64,000 bases of DNA from Candidatus Eiseniibacteriota bacterium. Its GTDB lineage: Bacteria > Eisenbacteria > RBG-16-71-46 > CAIMUX01 > VGJL01. This document shows positions 1 through 9,755 of this stretch, piece by piece. The stretch spans positions 1,792,001 to 1,856,000 of the forward strand of contig CAWBWI010000001.1 in the NCBI GenBank assembly GCA_963792585.1, given 5' to 3'. The notes under the pieces are model-generated. The model ran no database searches, was not told the origin of the DNA, and was given only the letters and a program-made list of their open reading frames with translations. The position numbers and the translations under genes were made by a program. The stretch's first letter is position 1, and each line of letters starts with the position of its first letter.

Positions 1-1398
1 CGTGGCGCGGTTCTCGGCGATCAAGTCCCCACCGTGTTTGAGCGCGATTTGACGGGATCCCGAAAGTCCGAAGCCGTGGCCGCCCTTCTTGGTGGTGAAG
101 CGCGGCCGGAAGATGCGCGGCAGCGCGTCGGCGGGGATCCCCGGTCCCGTGTCGCTTACCATCACCCACACCACGCGCCGGGCGCGGTCCCAACCGCTCT
201 CGACGTGGATCCGCTTCTCGGCAAGGTTGAGAGCTTCGTTCATCGCATCGGCTGCGTTCACAAAGAGGTTCCCGAGTACGCGCTGGATCTGGACCGCATC
301 GGCAAGGACGGGGGGCAAATCGTCGCCCGGAACGACGCTCCACTCCACGCCCTCCAACCGGGGCTGGTTGCGCACCGCGTCCACCACCTGGCGCAGAACC
401 GCGTTCACGTCGACCCGCGCCAGCTTGGGCTCCGTGAGCTTGGCGTCTCGCAGATCGCGCGACATCTCGCCGGCCACCGCGGTCTGTTCGAGGATGATTC
501 CGGCATTCTTGGCAACGTTGTCCCATACAGCACGTTCGGCGTCGCGCACCAGCATCTCGGCGCGGACGCTGATCGGCGTTATCACGTTGTTGAGGTCGTG
601 GCCGATCTCGCGCGCCAGGTCCCCCATCTCGGCCGCCAGCTCGCTCTGGATTAGACGTTCCTGGGCCTCCTGCAGCGCCTCGTAAGCCTTGCGCAGCTCG
701 AGGCGGCGCCGATCCGAGAGGTAGATCATGTACAGCGGCGCATAGAAGAGAGCGACCCCGAGGTAGCTGATGGCGTGATAGGCGATCACCATCAGTGGGC
801 AAAGCAAGTAGGCCGCTGCGTCGTTCAGCAGCCGCTCGGTGTAGAACCAATCTTCACGCAGCGCGCGCAGATACGGGCGCCCGGCGGACCATGCGATCGG
901 AATGCCCGCCAGCACGCGGTTCATCATGTGGTAACAGATCACGAGCGCGCCGACTGCGGGTGCGAGCCGCACGGCGGCGGCCCAGCGCGTGCCGGCCGGC
1001 AGCAGCGCGTCCAGTCCCCCGCCGGTGTTCGCGAGCAGCCCATAGAGCCAGCCGGCCACGGCGATCGTGAGCGCGATCTGGGCGCTGTTGAAAAGGGCGC
1101 GGATCCACGGCTTCCGCAGCAGAGTTTTTTCGGAGACCAGGGTACTCACGGCGGAGATCCAGACCGCCGGCGCGGTCCCCCAGAGCACCACGCTCGCCAG
1201 CGCGACGGTCGAGGAGAGGCTCCAGGTGCCGTGGCGGTCCGGAGCTTCGGTGGTCATGCTGTCGCCGATCAGGCACAGGACCGCCCACGCCAGGTAGTGC
1301 GGCCACCATGGGCCGGCCAGTGCCCGAGCAGTTGCGATCAGGATGACCGCCGCGGCCAGTCCGATTGCGATCAAGAAGACGCGCAGCTTGAGGCTCAC
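1..1398 (-). CDS. Membrane-bound sensor histidine kinase (multi-TM N-terminus, HisKA and HATPase_c); 3' end lies beyond the left edge
   Basis: Not in the ORF track because it has no stop in the window. Manual translation from GTG at 1398 gives MSLKLRVFLIAIGLAAAVILIA with several hydrophobic helices, then H-box EIGHDLNN, N-box LGNLFVNAADAM, G1 VSDTGPGIP and F/G2 FTTKKGGHGFGL. Confidence 0.9.
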   Translation of the reverse strand, partial: MSLKLRVFLIAIGLAAAVILIATARALAGPWWPHYLAWAVLCLIGDSMTTEAPDRHGTWSLSSTVALASVVLWGTAPAVWISAVSTLVSEKTLLRKPWIRALFNSAQIALTIAVAGWLYGLLANTGGGLDALLPAGTRWAAAVRLAPAVGALVICYHMMNRVLAGIPIAWSAGRPYLRALREDWFYTERLLNDAAAYLLCPLMVIAYHAISYLGVALFYAPLYMIYLSDRRRLELRKAYEALQEAQERLIQSELAAEMGDLAREIGHDLNNVITPISVRAEMLVRDAERAVWDNVAKNAGIILEQTAVAGEMSRDLRDAKLTEPKLARVDVNAVLRQVVDAVRNQPRLEGVEWSVVPGDDLPPVLADAVQIQRVLGNLFVNAADAMNEALNLAEKRIHVESGWDRARRVVWVMVSDTGPGIPADALPRIFRPRFTTKKGGHGFGLSGSRQIALKHGGDLIAENRAT

Positions 1399-1752
1399 GC
1401 AGGAGTCCTTGTCCCTTCCACAAACACCTTCCTGATGGCAGAACTGCGCACGGGTCTCGCTCCGCCCTCAAGACCGTAGCCTTGTGCACTCGATGATATG
1501 CCGATCGGGTCTTGGATTCGAGTGCCTGGGTTTGCACCGAGTGGGACCAAATCCAACTCCGAAATGGGGGAAGCCTCCAGGCAATCCGGACCGCAACTTC
1601 GAGGCGTGGGCCATGGGCCAGCGCACCGGTCTCTGACTGTCTTGAAGTTTCCGGCAAGCCCGCTCACCTAGGGGGCTCCCGATGGTGAGGCGCGACGTGT
1701 CCGAAGTGCCGAGATCAAGGTGGGAACAACGGTGAAAGGAGTGATGGAGAGA

Positions 1753-1810
1753 CTATCGCGGAACTGAAGTTAACCTCGAGTCAGGCAACGTGGACGAGGT
1801 ATTTGGAAGG
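1753..1810 (-). promoter_or_regulatory. Copy 1 of a duplicated ~58-bp intergenic motif, upstream of the histidine kinase
   Basis: 1784-1810 GGCAACGTGGACGAGGTATTTGGAAGG matches 3328-3354 at 25/27 positions; gap-free similarity extends left to CTATCGCGG at 1753. Confidence 0.55.
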
Positions 1811-1928
1811 GACGAGGAGTGCGACCCTGCGTCATGGGTTGCCTTCGCAACACCCAAGATGCCTTCCGCTGTGCGGTCTGGACGATGGTTGATCATGGGT
1901 CCTGAAGCGGTGCGTTCAGCGCGATCGT

Positions 1929-2786
1929 TCAGTCTCTCGCATATGGAAGGGACGGCTGAGGGTCTATTGGATGCTGCGCGAGAGAAGGGGCAGATCCCTT
2001 CGGATTACCCATCTGATGGCATCCTAGACACAGATCGTACTTCGAATCGAATCGGACGAGCGCGTCCTTAGCCGTCTCCGTCAAGTCGTGGCAGGTGAGA
2101 CACTCGATCTTCCCGTCGATCAGGCGGATCCTCGGATCGAGGGGATTGCGCATCTCAATCAAGCCCCCGTTTGAACCGAGCTGCACATCGATTCCGAACG
2201 GATGGGTCGCCTCCACATGGAACTGGGGCGGCGTAGTGGTGAGCGACACCTGCAAGAACTCCGATCGCCCCCCTTGGGATGGTGAGTGACAGTCGAGGCA
2301 AACGTCGGACGGCGGCACGGCATCGGACTCTTCGTGATCCGAGTGATAGTAGGCCGCCGCCGCGCGGTGACCCTCCGAGATCCGCGACACGTCCTTGCCC
2401 GCAACGTGGCATGCGGCGCACTCCTCGTAACGCACCACGTGAAAGCGGGCGTCTTTCGCCCGCACGACCTTCGGGTCGTGGAAGGTATGGCAATCGATGC
2501 AAGAGCGGCCCGGCGTGTGGAAGGCCTGCAGAACGCGATCCCCTCCGGTCGATCCCTCGGAGTGGCACGAGGTGCAGATCATGGCAGGGGACGCGGCGAA
2601 ACTTGCGGTCCCTCCGGCATGGCAACGGGAGCAGCTGACCGACTCGTGCGCGGCACCGCCGGACGCGGCGGGAAGATCGGCGTGGTTGGCCGCGCCTGCC
2701 GCCGCCGACGGGGCTCCTACCGGAGCAAGTAACGCGACGAGGAACCACGGCAGCACTGCCGAGGAGAGCCGAGGAGGGTGTTGCAT
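1929..2786 (-). CDS. Exported multiheme c-type cytochrome, 7 CxxCH motifs (doubled-CXXCH / cytochrome c3-like)
   Basis: Signal-peptide-like N-terminus; motifs CSRCH, CTSCH, CIDCH, CAACH, CLDCH, CLTCH, CLGCH; C-terminal HP...CxTCH...LCxxCH pattern. Confidence 0.9.
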   Translation of the reverse strand: MQHPPRLSSAVLPWFLVALLAPVGAPSAAAGAANHADLPAASGGAAHESVSCSRCHAGGTASFAASPAMICTSCHSEGSTGGDRVLQAFHTPGRSCIDCHTFHDPKVVRAKDARFHVVRYEECAACHVAGKDVSRISEGHRAAAAYYHSDHEESDAVPPSDVCLDCHSPSQGGRSEFLQVSLTTTPPQFHVEATHPFGIDVQLGSNGGLIEMRNPLDPRIRLIDGKIECLTCHDLTETAKDALVRFDSKYDLCLGCHQMGNPKGSAPSLAQHPIDPQPSLPYARD

Positions 2787-3296
2787 CCGGTCTTCCTTTC
2801 ACAGTCGCCGGCACGCGTTCCACGCCCTCGAGGAGCTTGAGAGGGCCCACTCAAGGGAAACGACCGAGCGCACCGTTGGCCCCGGGGGATGGGTGCAACA
2901 AATGTTCCAGCAGCTGGAATCACCGCAAACGCGCACAGCGCAAGGGGAATCACGCTCCGGGTGATCCTGCGGTGTGCAAAATGCCCTATCCCGCTACTCC
3001 GCCATCGCAACTTGCGCTATCGGGAGGGGCCATCCCTAGGCCGCGGTGCGGGATCCCGGAGGGACTTCGTTGGGTGGGTCACGAACTCCATGCTCTCGCT
3101 CAGTTGTCGGGATGAGGGCTGACCGGGCGTCCATGGCCGAGACCAACCTCTGTGCCCGCCGTTCCCGCCTTCGTTCCCCTGGGGCAGTCCATGCTTTGTC
3201 CCCCGCGATCCCTCCGCTCAAGCAGCCACGCTGGGCATGTGCGGATCGCATCAGCGCCAACCGTGAGGACGGCAGTCCGAAAGTTGTCTCGGGGGT

Positions 3297-3354
3297 CTAT
3301 AGCGGGTCCGGCGCTACGTGCAAGCCTGGCAACGCGGACGAGGTATATGGAAGG
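3297..3354 (-). promoter_or_regulatory. Copy 2 of the duplicated motif, upstream of the multiheme cytochrome; contains a sigma70-like TTGCAC-N16-TATAGA on the minus strand
   Basis: 3328-3354 GGCAACGCGGACGAGGTATATGGAAGG; see copy 1. Confidence 0.55.
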
Positions 3355-3411
3355 AATGGGATTCTCTTCGATGGTCGATACACAGTCTCCATGGCTCCCT
3401 GGATCGCGCGC

Positions 3412-3849
3412 CTATCCACCGAGGAGACGAAGTCGCTCCGTCCGGATTTGAGCGTACTCAACGTCGAGGTTGTGGAGCGCCGTGGCCGCAACTCCACTCC
3501 CCTCTCGCGCGAGTCCCAGAAGGAGATAATCTGTACCGATGGACCCCGCCCCAAGCCTTTCGGATTCCTCAATGGCAAGTTCGAGGCCGCGCAGTGCATT
3601 TACGGTGAACCGATTGTCATCAACAACGGACGGTTCCCTCAGCTGCGCCATCACAATTGCGACTTCCTGATCGATCATGCCGTAGTCCAGCCCCCGGTTA
3701 TCCAAGATCGCTTTTGCTAACCCATCTTCACTGGCTATGGCCAGGAGGAGATGACCTGTACCGACAGACTGGTGTCGTAGGCGGCCAGCAATCGCCTCCG
3801 CCCTATGAATCTCCTTCAGCATCCGTTGACTGAATTCAGGACGTGGCAC
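3412..3849 (-). CDS. Stand-alone Clp protease N-terminal (double Clp-R) domain protein
   Basis: Two Clp-N repeats (AEAIAGRLRHQSVGTGHLLLAI and AIEESERLGAGSIGTDYLLLGL); no AAA+ domain; GTG start at 3849 is my choice. Confidence 0.8.
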   Translation of the reverse strand: MPRPEFSQRMLKEIHRAEAIAGRLRHQSVGTGHLLLAIASEDGLAKAILDNRGLDYGMIDQEVAIVMAQLREPSVVDDNRFTVNALRGLELAIEESERLGAGSIGTDYLLLGLAREGSGVAATALHNLDVEYAQIRTERLRLLGG

Positions 3850-3968
3850 TGGGAACCCCCACCGTACTACGGGTGTCAGGACCACCCAACTCCGCCTCGA
3901 ACCCATGTTACCGCAGTGTGAAACCGTTGCCGACTGCGTACCTGACCGGATCCATGCCTGAGGCGGTC

Positions 3969-4778
3969 CTATGTTCCATGGGACCCGGGGCATGCATCGA
4001 GAAGATCGAGCGCACGGTTGATCGCGCCTACAATGCTGCCCAGGAGTCGCTCCCTTTCCGGACGCAACAAGGACACCAGTTCCGGGTCGATCAGATCAGC
4101 TCCGCTGGGTTCGCGTCGGCCTTGACACAGGTGGACGATCTTCTGCAGTGTTTCTTTCCCCCCCGTCTCGGCTGGCCACCAGCGAGGCCCCTTGTCTTTG
4201 CCCATGGCAATCTCCTTGGGCAAGAACCAGTTCCATACAAAGGGTTGCGCCGCGAGAGGGTGGACGACTCCTGTGAGCTCCGCTGCTCCGACCCGAGCAA
4301 CCTCGGGGGGAATCCGGTACACCTCGCCAGCTATGGTCGAGAAGATCGGCAACCGCGGGCCGCCATCTGAATCGTACGAGAGATGGCCAAATCGCGATCT
4401 GTATTCCTTGGTCGTCATCCAAGTGTAGTGAAATGGCACACCGTCCTCTGTACGTTCCTCGTGATGCAACTCTCCGTCAGGCCGGAGGATGCAATCATGG
4501 CCAGAGAGTGGATCAACGAAGAATCGGAAGGTCACACCAGGCCGCAGGAGGGGTAGGTGCTTGTACCAGCTGTGCGCCTCGGAGACGAACCGAGCGAAGC
4601 TCTCGATCTGCTCCGCGGTGGGTCTTGGTAAGCCAGAGACGGCACCACGATAGTCTGAAAGAGAACACGGTGGAATACTCGATAGCCAGGCACAGATCTC
4701 GCCGCAGAAGCGCGTCTCGCCAACCCGAATCCCATCATCAAAGAAAAGCATCCCGTTGCAATAGGCGCAGAGTTCCAT
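3969..4778 (-). CDS. Hypothetical protein with an N-terminal CxxC...CxxxC putative zinc ribbon
   Basis: 269-aa ORF with protein-like composition; CAYC and FCGEIC near the N-terminus. Confidence 0.6.
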   Translation of the reverse strand: MELCAYCNGMLFFDDGIRVGETRFCGEICAWLSSIPPCSLSDYRGAVSGLPRPTAEQIESFARFVSEAHSWYKHLPLLRPGVTFRFFVDPLSGHDCILRPDGELHHEERTEDGVPFHYTWMTTKEYRSRFGHLSYDSDGGPRLPIFSTIAGEVYRIPPEVARVGAAELTGVVHPLAAQPFVWNWFLPKEIAMGKDKGPRWWPAETGGKETLQKIVHLCQGRREPSGADLIDPELVSLLRPERERLLGSIVGAINRALDLLDACPGSHGT

Positions 4779-4947
4779 CGACCGCTCCAGTCCGCTTGAA
4801 CGCGAGCCCGAAGGTGCAGCACCATCTACGTGCCGCGCGGATGCATGTTACGCCCTGCGACCGACTGTGCCTAGAACCGGCCTTCGAGTTGCTCGTCGCC
4901 TGGCGACTATGGAGGCGATGGGTCCTTGCGGACCACTCCGTCACCCG

Positions 4948-4970
4948 CACGGGGCCGGCCCGGCCCCGTG
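4948..4970 (-). terminator. GC-rich hairpin just downstream of the methyltransferase stop
   Basis: Perfect inverted repeat CACGGGGCCGG-C-CCGGCCCCGTG; no U-tract, so terminator function is uncertain. Confidence 0.4.
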
Positions 4971-4972
4971 GC

Positions 4973-5806
4973 CTACTTGATCCCGATGACGTACCCCAGC
5001 CAGCCGGCGATGTTCTCGAAGTAGGTCCGGCGGCGATAGACGTTGTCCGCCTCGTTCTTCCTGTCATCCCACCCGTCGACGTAGACCTCGACGGAGCGGA
5101 AGCCGACCTCGTGCATCAGCTCTTGCAGTTCCGGTAGCATCCAGAGTCGCCAGTCGTAGCGGAAGGCATTGCGGATCTCCGGTCCATTTTTCGGGCGGAA
5201 GTGGATCTTGCAGAGAAGGCTGTGGTCGACCGGATTGAAGCGGGCCTGTTCCCAGATGTAGGTGAATGCCGGGACGGTCGTCCCGTCGAGCCGGACGGAT
5301 GCCGGGATCTCTCGCTCCTCCACCAGTTCGGTGACGGCCTCGGTCCCGCCGAAGATGTCGACCACGAAGATCCCGTCCTCGGTCAGGGTTCGGTAGGCGT
5401 TCTCGAAGTAGGTGCGGAGTCGCTCCCGCGTCTTGAAGACCTGATAGGAGTAATTGAAGGCGACGATCGCCTCGACCTTCGGCTCACTGACGTGCAGGAC
5501 GTCATCGCAGATCAGGCGCAGGCGATGCACTTCGTTGCCGAGCCGCGGCAGGTGGTTCTTGATACCCCAGTCGAGGGTGGCGCGGTGAAGATCGACGCCG
5601 ATGGCGAGGTTGCCGGGGGCGCGCTGGATCCAATCGACGGCGAGCGCAGCGGTGCCGCAGAAATCTTCCCGCAGGAAGAGCGGAAGCCGCCCTCGCTTGG
5701 CCTTGAAGATCCTGCTGACCAGATCGAGTTCGAAATCGGTGGACTGGACGGACGCCTCATAGAGGACGTGCCGATCGATCGCCGCGGTCTTCTTCCCCGT
5801 CTTCAT
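4973..5806 (-). CDS. Class I SAM-dependent methyltransferase
   Basis: LREDFCGTAALA motif-I variant, GVDL after strand 2, AFNYSY, GIFVVDIFGG; ATG at 5806 with an upstream GGAGG. Confidence 0.8.
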   Translation of the reverse strand: MKTGKKTAAIDRHVLYEASVQSTDFELDLVSRIFKAKRGRLPLFLREDFCGTAALAVDWIQRAPGNLAIGVDLHRATLDWGIKNHLPRLGNEVHRLRLICDDVLHVSEPKVEAIVAFNYSYQVFKTRERLRTYFENAYRTLTEDGIFVVDIFGGTEAVTELVEEREIPASVRLDGTTVPAFTYIWEQARFNPVDHSLLCKIHFRPKNGPEIRNAFRYDWRLWMLPELQELMHEVGFRSVEVYVDGWDDRKNEADNVYRRRTYFENIAGWLGYVIGIK

Positions 5807-5881
5807 CCCTTCCCCTCCCTCGGACAACCGGCATCATACGGCGACCGATCTGGATTCCCCACGGAAATCAACGGCCCGGTC

Positions 5882-5890
5882 TGGTATAAT
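5882..5890 (+). promoter_or_regulatory. Extended -10 promoter element for the C25 peptidase gene
   Basis: TGGTATAAT (TGn-TATAAT) about 55 bp upstream of the ATG at 5946, which is preceded by AGGAG. Confidence 0.55.
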
Positions 5891-5945
5891 TGAACGGGGT
5901 CTGAAAGTGTGCATTTGGATGCGGTTAACTAATAGGAGTGAACCG

Positions 5946-8900
5946 ATGTTGGATCGCAGCGGGTCGCGTCGCGGTGAAGGATCATGGTTCATCGGGTACG
6001 CAGCAGTCCTCATCTGCTGCCTGACCGCGGGGGGAGCGGGTAGGAGCGAGGCGGCGCGGATCCGCTTGACGGCCGACTTCGGACCGCCGAGCGTTCGCAC
6101 CGTCGAGACGGGTGCCGGCATCGTCGAGATGGCAGGATGCGTCCCTCTCGGCGCGCCCGGAAACCCTCTCCTGCCGGCCCGCAAGATGATCGTCCTCTTG
6201 CCTCCGGGTGAGAAGGTCCTCGAGGTCCGGATGAGCGCCTCGCCGGAACGGGCCCTCGACGGTTCGTGGCAGGTAACGTGGGCCCAGACCCCGCAACCCA
6301 TGAGCCTCCCGGCTCCCTTCGTCCAGACGCCGCCGAACCCGGCCGTTTACGAGAGCGACGCACCGTTTCCCGCGGAACGCGGGCGCCTGATCACCGAGGA
6401 AACGCTTTCGGGCCATCGGATCGCCTTCCTCCAGCTCTACCCGGTGCTCTACCGAGCGGCATCGGGATATCTCTCCTGGTCGGACCACATCGCGGTCGAG
6501 GTCGTGACCGCGCCGATCGACGGCGTCAATCCCTCCCGGATTGCAAACTTCCGGCAGACGGCGGAGGTGAACGGGCGGATCGCGGCGCTGGTCGACAACC
6601 CTGAGGCTCTCTCGCTCTACGGACGCGCGGCGCCCGCCGGCAACGCGGGTACCCGCCTCGACGCAGGTTCCTACCCTTACGTCATCATCACGACCGCCGA
6701 GATGGCGGAGGCCTACCAGGCGCTTGCCCTCTTCGAGGCGAGTCGCGGGATGCACACGAAGATCGTCCTGCTCGATGAGATCACGACCGATTATCCGGGC
6801 GTCGATGCGGCGGAGCAGCTCCGCAACTTCGTGATCGATGCCTATCAGACCTGGGGTGTCGAGTACATCATGCTCGGCGGCGACTCGAACATGATTCCCG
6901 TCCGCAATCTCTATTGCGACGCGGGCGGGACGATCGATTCGTTCCCCGGCGATTGCTACTACGAGGCGCTGGACGGGACCTGGGACGACGATCGCGACGG
7001 AGTCTGGGGCGAACCGGAGGAGGCGGATCTCGCCGGGGAACTCGCCGTCGGCAGGATCACCGCGCGCAACGCGGCCGATCTGAACAACTGGCTCCACAAG
7101 AACGAGATGTACACCGATCGGCCGGTCGTCGCCGAGATCCAGAAAGCCCTCTTCATGGGCGAACGGATGGACGACGTGCCGACCTACTCCGGCATCTACA
7201 TGGACGATGTGAAGGACTATTGCTGCGATTGGGGCTACTGCACCTCCGGCTACCCGAACTCCTACCTGAAGCAGACGCTCTACGATTCCCCGACATACAC
7301 CTGGGGTCCGGCCGACGCGATCGCGATGTTCAACTCCGGATTCCCGACGAGCCACCACCTCGGTCACTCGAACACGACGTACGGGATGAAGATGTCGAAC
7401 CCCGACGCCCTGTCCTTCACGAACGACGGCGTCACGCACAGCTACGTCTTCATGTCCACCCAGGGGTGCTACTCGAACAACTTCGACAACGCCGATACTC
7501 CCTCGATCTCCGAGGCCTTCGTCCTGGACGACCACTGCGCGGTCGCCTTCCTCGGCTGCACGCGCTACGGCTGGTACTGCCCCGGCTACGACATCGGTCC
7601 CTCGCAGCACTACGACCGGCAGCAGGTCGACGCGCGCTACGGTGAGGGGCTCGTCACCGCAGGGTGGGCAAATGTCGACTCGAAGATCGATAACATCTGG
7701 CAGATGGACCCGTGGAATCGCTGGTGTCACTACGAAATCTGCCTTCTCGGCGACCCGGCGATGCCGCAGTGGAACATCCTGCAGGGACAGCTCGTCGTCA
7801 CGCACGATGCGGGCTACGTGATGGGCCAAGGGGCGATGACCGTGACGGTGACCTGTGACGGCCAGCCCGTGGCAGGCGCCACGGTCTCGATCTATAGCGA
7901 CGATCTCGACGCGTGGGCGAGCGCCGTCTCCGACGCGCAGGGAATCGTGACCCTCGATCCGGCTCCGGTCGATCCGTTCCCGCTCCGCGTCAAGGCCGTC
8001 AAGACCGACTACCTGCCGGGCACGGGCGACATCGCCGTCGATCCTGGCATGCAGGCCTGGCTCGAGTGGGATGCCACGACTCTGGACGACAACATGACGG
8101 GCCCGAGCATCGGCGACGCCGACGGGATGGCGGACCGCGGCGAGACGGCCCAGTTCATGGTCCGCCTGCGGAACATCGGCCACGTCGCGGCGCAGAACGT
8201 GATCGCCCTCATCGCAACGGACGATCCGCGGGTGGAGATCCTCGACCCGACCGGCTCCTACGGCGTGATCGACGGAATGGGGTATCAAACGAATGCGGAT
8301 GACATCCTGGTCCGCGTGACCGACGCGATCGCGGACGGCGACGTCATCCCCTTCAGCGTGCGCATGACCTGCGACAACCGGCGCGAGTGGACGGGCGCCT
8401 TCAACGTCACGCTCCATGCGCCGATCTTCTCGCTGGCTTCCTGGTCGATCGACGACACGGCCGAAGGTGACGGCGACGGCAAGATCGAGCCGGGCGAGCG
8501 CTTCGCGATCCGTGTTTCGATCGGAAACTCGGGCTCCGACCAGGGACGCGACATTCAGGCGCAGCTTTCCAGCACCGACCCGAATCTAACGATTCTCTCC
8601 GGCACGGCCGGGCATCCCTCGATTCCGGCGGGCGGCGGCGCCGACCTCGCGCCCTTGTTCCAAGGACTGCTCGAGCCTCCCGCGCCGACCGAGTCGTTCG
8701 TTCCCTTCGCGATCGCGATCACGACCTGGTGCGGCCAGACGTTCGAGGCATCCTTCGAGGCCCGCGTGCAGTCCTACGTCGAGGAGCCTCTTGAGGTCGA
8801 GTCCGGATGGACCGTCGGCGTACCCGGCGACAATGCGACGCAGGGAGCCTGGGTCCGCGTCGACCCGAACGGGACCTGGCGGTCGGGGAATCCCGTTCAG

Positions 8901-9647
8901 CCTGAGGACGACCACTCCCCCGACGGAGCGGCCTGCTTCGTCACCGGACAGGGCGCCGTCGGCGGCACCGCGAACTATAGCGATGTCGATGCGGGCACGA
9001 CGACGCTGACATCGCCGACGTTCGACACCCGCGGATCGGTCAACCCGAAGCTCGTCTACTGGCGGTGGTATACGAACAACCTCGCCCAGTTCCCAAACCT
9101 GGATACGTGGCAGGTCGACATCTCGAGCGACGGCGGCGCGAGCTGGATCTCCCTCGAATCGACGACCGCCAGCAACAACAGCTGGGTGCGGATGGAGTTC
9201 AATCTCGACGGGCTCATCCAGAAGTCGGCCAACGTGAAGCTGCGGTTCATCGCGAGCGACCTCGGCTATGACTCCCTCGTCGAGGCGGCGATCGACGATC
9301 TCTCGATCGAGAATCAGCCGCTGCCGATGGATGCGGGTGAGGGCGCGGCGCCGCTGGTCTTCGCGCTTCACCGTATCTCTCCGAATCCGTGCGTATCGGC
9401 CCGCGGGGGAATCACGATCGGATACGACCTGCCCAAGGCGGGCGCCGTCTCGTTGCGGGTCTATGACGTCACCGGAGCGCTGGCCCGCACTCTCGTCGAA
9501 GGGGCCGGCACCGCGGGGAGCGCCTCGGTCGCGTGGGACGGGCGTGACGATGCCGGTCGCGCCGTTCCGGCCGGGGTTTACTTCGCCCGCTTGCGCGGGC
9601 CCGGGGGCGAGGCGGTGCGCAAGGTGACGATCCTCTCCGCGCGGTAG
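5946..9647 (+). CDS. Secreted C25 (gingipain-like) cysteine peptidase with propeptide, Ig-like repeats, jelly-roll domain and FlgD-Ig/T9SS-like C-terminal domain
   Basis: YVIIT, YIMLGGD..IP and LAVGRI motifs; His (HHLGHS) and Cys (TQGCYS) dyad; two DD..G.GD.DG..D/EPGE..V...N.G units; C-terminal PNP...YDVTG..ARTL...WDGRDDAGRAVPAGVYFARL. Confidence 0.9.
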   Translation: MLDRSGSRRGEGSWFIGYAAVLICCLTAGGAGRSEAARIRLTADFGPPSVRTVETGAGIVEMAGCVPLGAPGNPLLPARKMIVLLPPGEKVLEVRMSASPERALDGSWQVTWAQTPQPMSLPAPFVQTPPNPAVYESDAPFPAERGRLITEETLSGHRIAFLQLYPVLYRAASGYLSWSDHIAVEVVTAPIDGVNPSRIANFRQTAEVNGRIAALVDNPEALSLYGRAAPAGNAGTRLDAGSYPYVIITTAEMAEAYQALALFEASRGMHTKIVLLDEITTDYPGVDAAEQLRNFVIDAYQTWGVEYIMLGGDSNMIPVRNLYCDAGGTIDSFPGDCYYEALDGTWDDDRDGVWGEPEEADLAGELAVGRITARNAADLNNWLHKNEMYTDRPVVAEIQKALFMGERMDDVPTYSGIYMDDVKDYCCDWGYCTSGYPNSYLKQTLYDSPTYTWGPADAIAMFNSGFPTSHHLGHSNTTYGMKMSNPDALSFTNDGVTHSYVFMSTQGCYSNNFDNADTPSISEAFVLDDHCAVAFLGCTRYGWYCPGYDIGPSQHYDRQQVDARYGEGLVTAGWANVDSKIDNIWQMDPWNRWCHYEICLLGDPAMPQWNILQGQLVVTHDAGYVMGQGAMTVTVTCDGQPVAGATVSIYSDDLDAWASAVSDAQGIVTLDPAPVDPFPLRVKAVKTDYLPGTGDIAVDPGMQAWLEWDATTLDDNMTGPSIGDADGMADRGETAQFMVRLRNIGHVAAQNVIALIATDDPRVEILDPTGSYGVIDGMGYQTNADDILVRVTDAIADGDVIPFSVRMTCDNRREWTGAFNVTLHAPIFSLASWSIDDTAEGDGDGKIEPGERFAIRVSIGNSGSDQGRDIQAQLSSTDPNLTILSGTAGHPSIPAGGGADLAPLFQGLLEPPAPTESFVPFAIAITTWCGQTFEASFEARVQSYVEEPLEVESGWTVGVPGDNATQGAWVRVDPNGTWRSGNPVQPEDDHSPDGAACFVTGQGAVGGTANYSDVDAGTTTLTSPTFDTRGSVNPKLVYWRWYTNNLAQFPNLDTWQVDISSDGGASWISLESTTASNNSWVRMEFNLDGLIQKSANVKLRFIASDLGYDSLVEAAIDDLSIENQPLPMDAGEGAAPLVFALHRISPNPCVSARGGITIGYDLPKAGAVSLRVYDVTGALARTLVEGAGTAGSASVAWDGRDDAGRAVPAGVYFARLRGPGGEAVRKVTILSAR

Positions 9648-9755
9648 GATCGAATCGGGTTCCATGACGGTCGGGCCGTGGGGCGCCTTGCGCCTTGCGG
9701 CCCGACCCCGTTCGGCGGTAAAATCGGTTGCCGACCGAACCGACAGGAGGTCCTC

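Noticed and set aside
34..1657. Several ORFs over the left end (34..654, 775..1479, 854..1657)
   Set aside because: Shadows or alternative frames of the minus-strand histidine kinase, which has all canonical boxes.
1940..1955. Partial third copy of the duplicated motif (ATATGGAAGGGACG)
   Set aside because: Short, inside the cytochrome coding end and lacking the GGCAACG..GGACGAGG core; may be chance.
2790..3000. Possible cyclic-dinucleotide riboswitch upstream of the multiheme cytochrome
   Set aside because: Short hairpins are present but I could not find the GEMM-I consensus elements; a covariance search would be needed.
5982..8417. 811-aa minus-strand ORF
   Set aside because: Antisense shadow of the C25 peptidase; Arg/Val/Gly-rich with no recognisable motifs.
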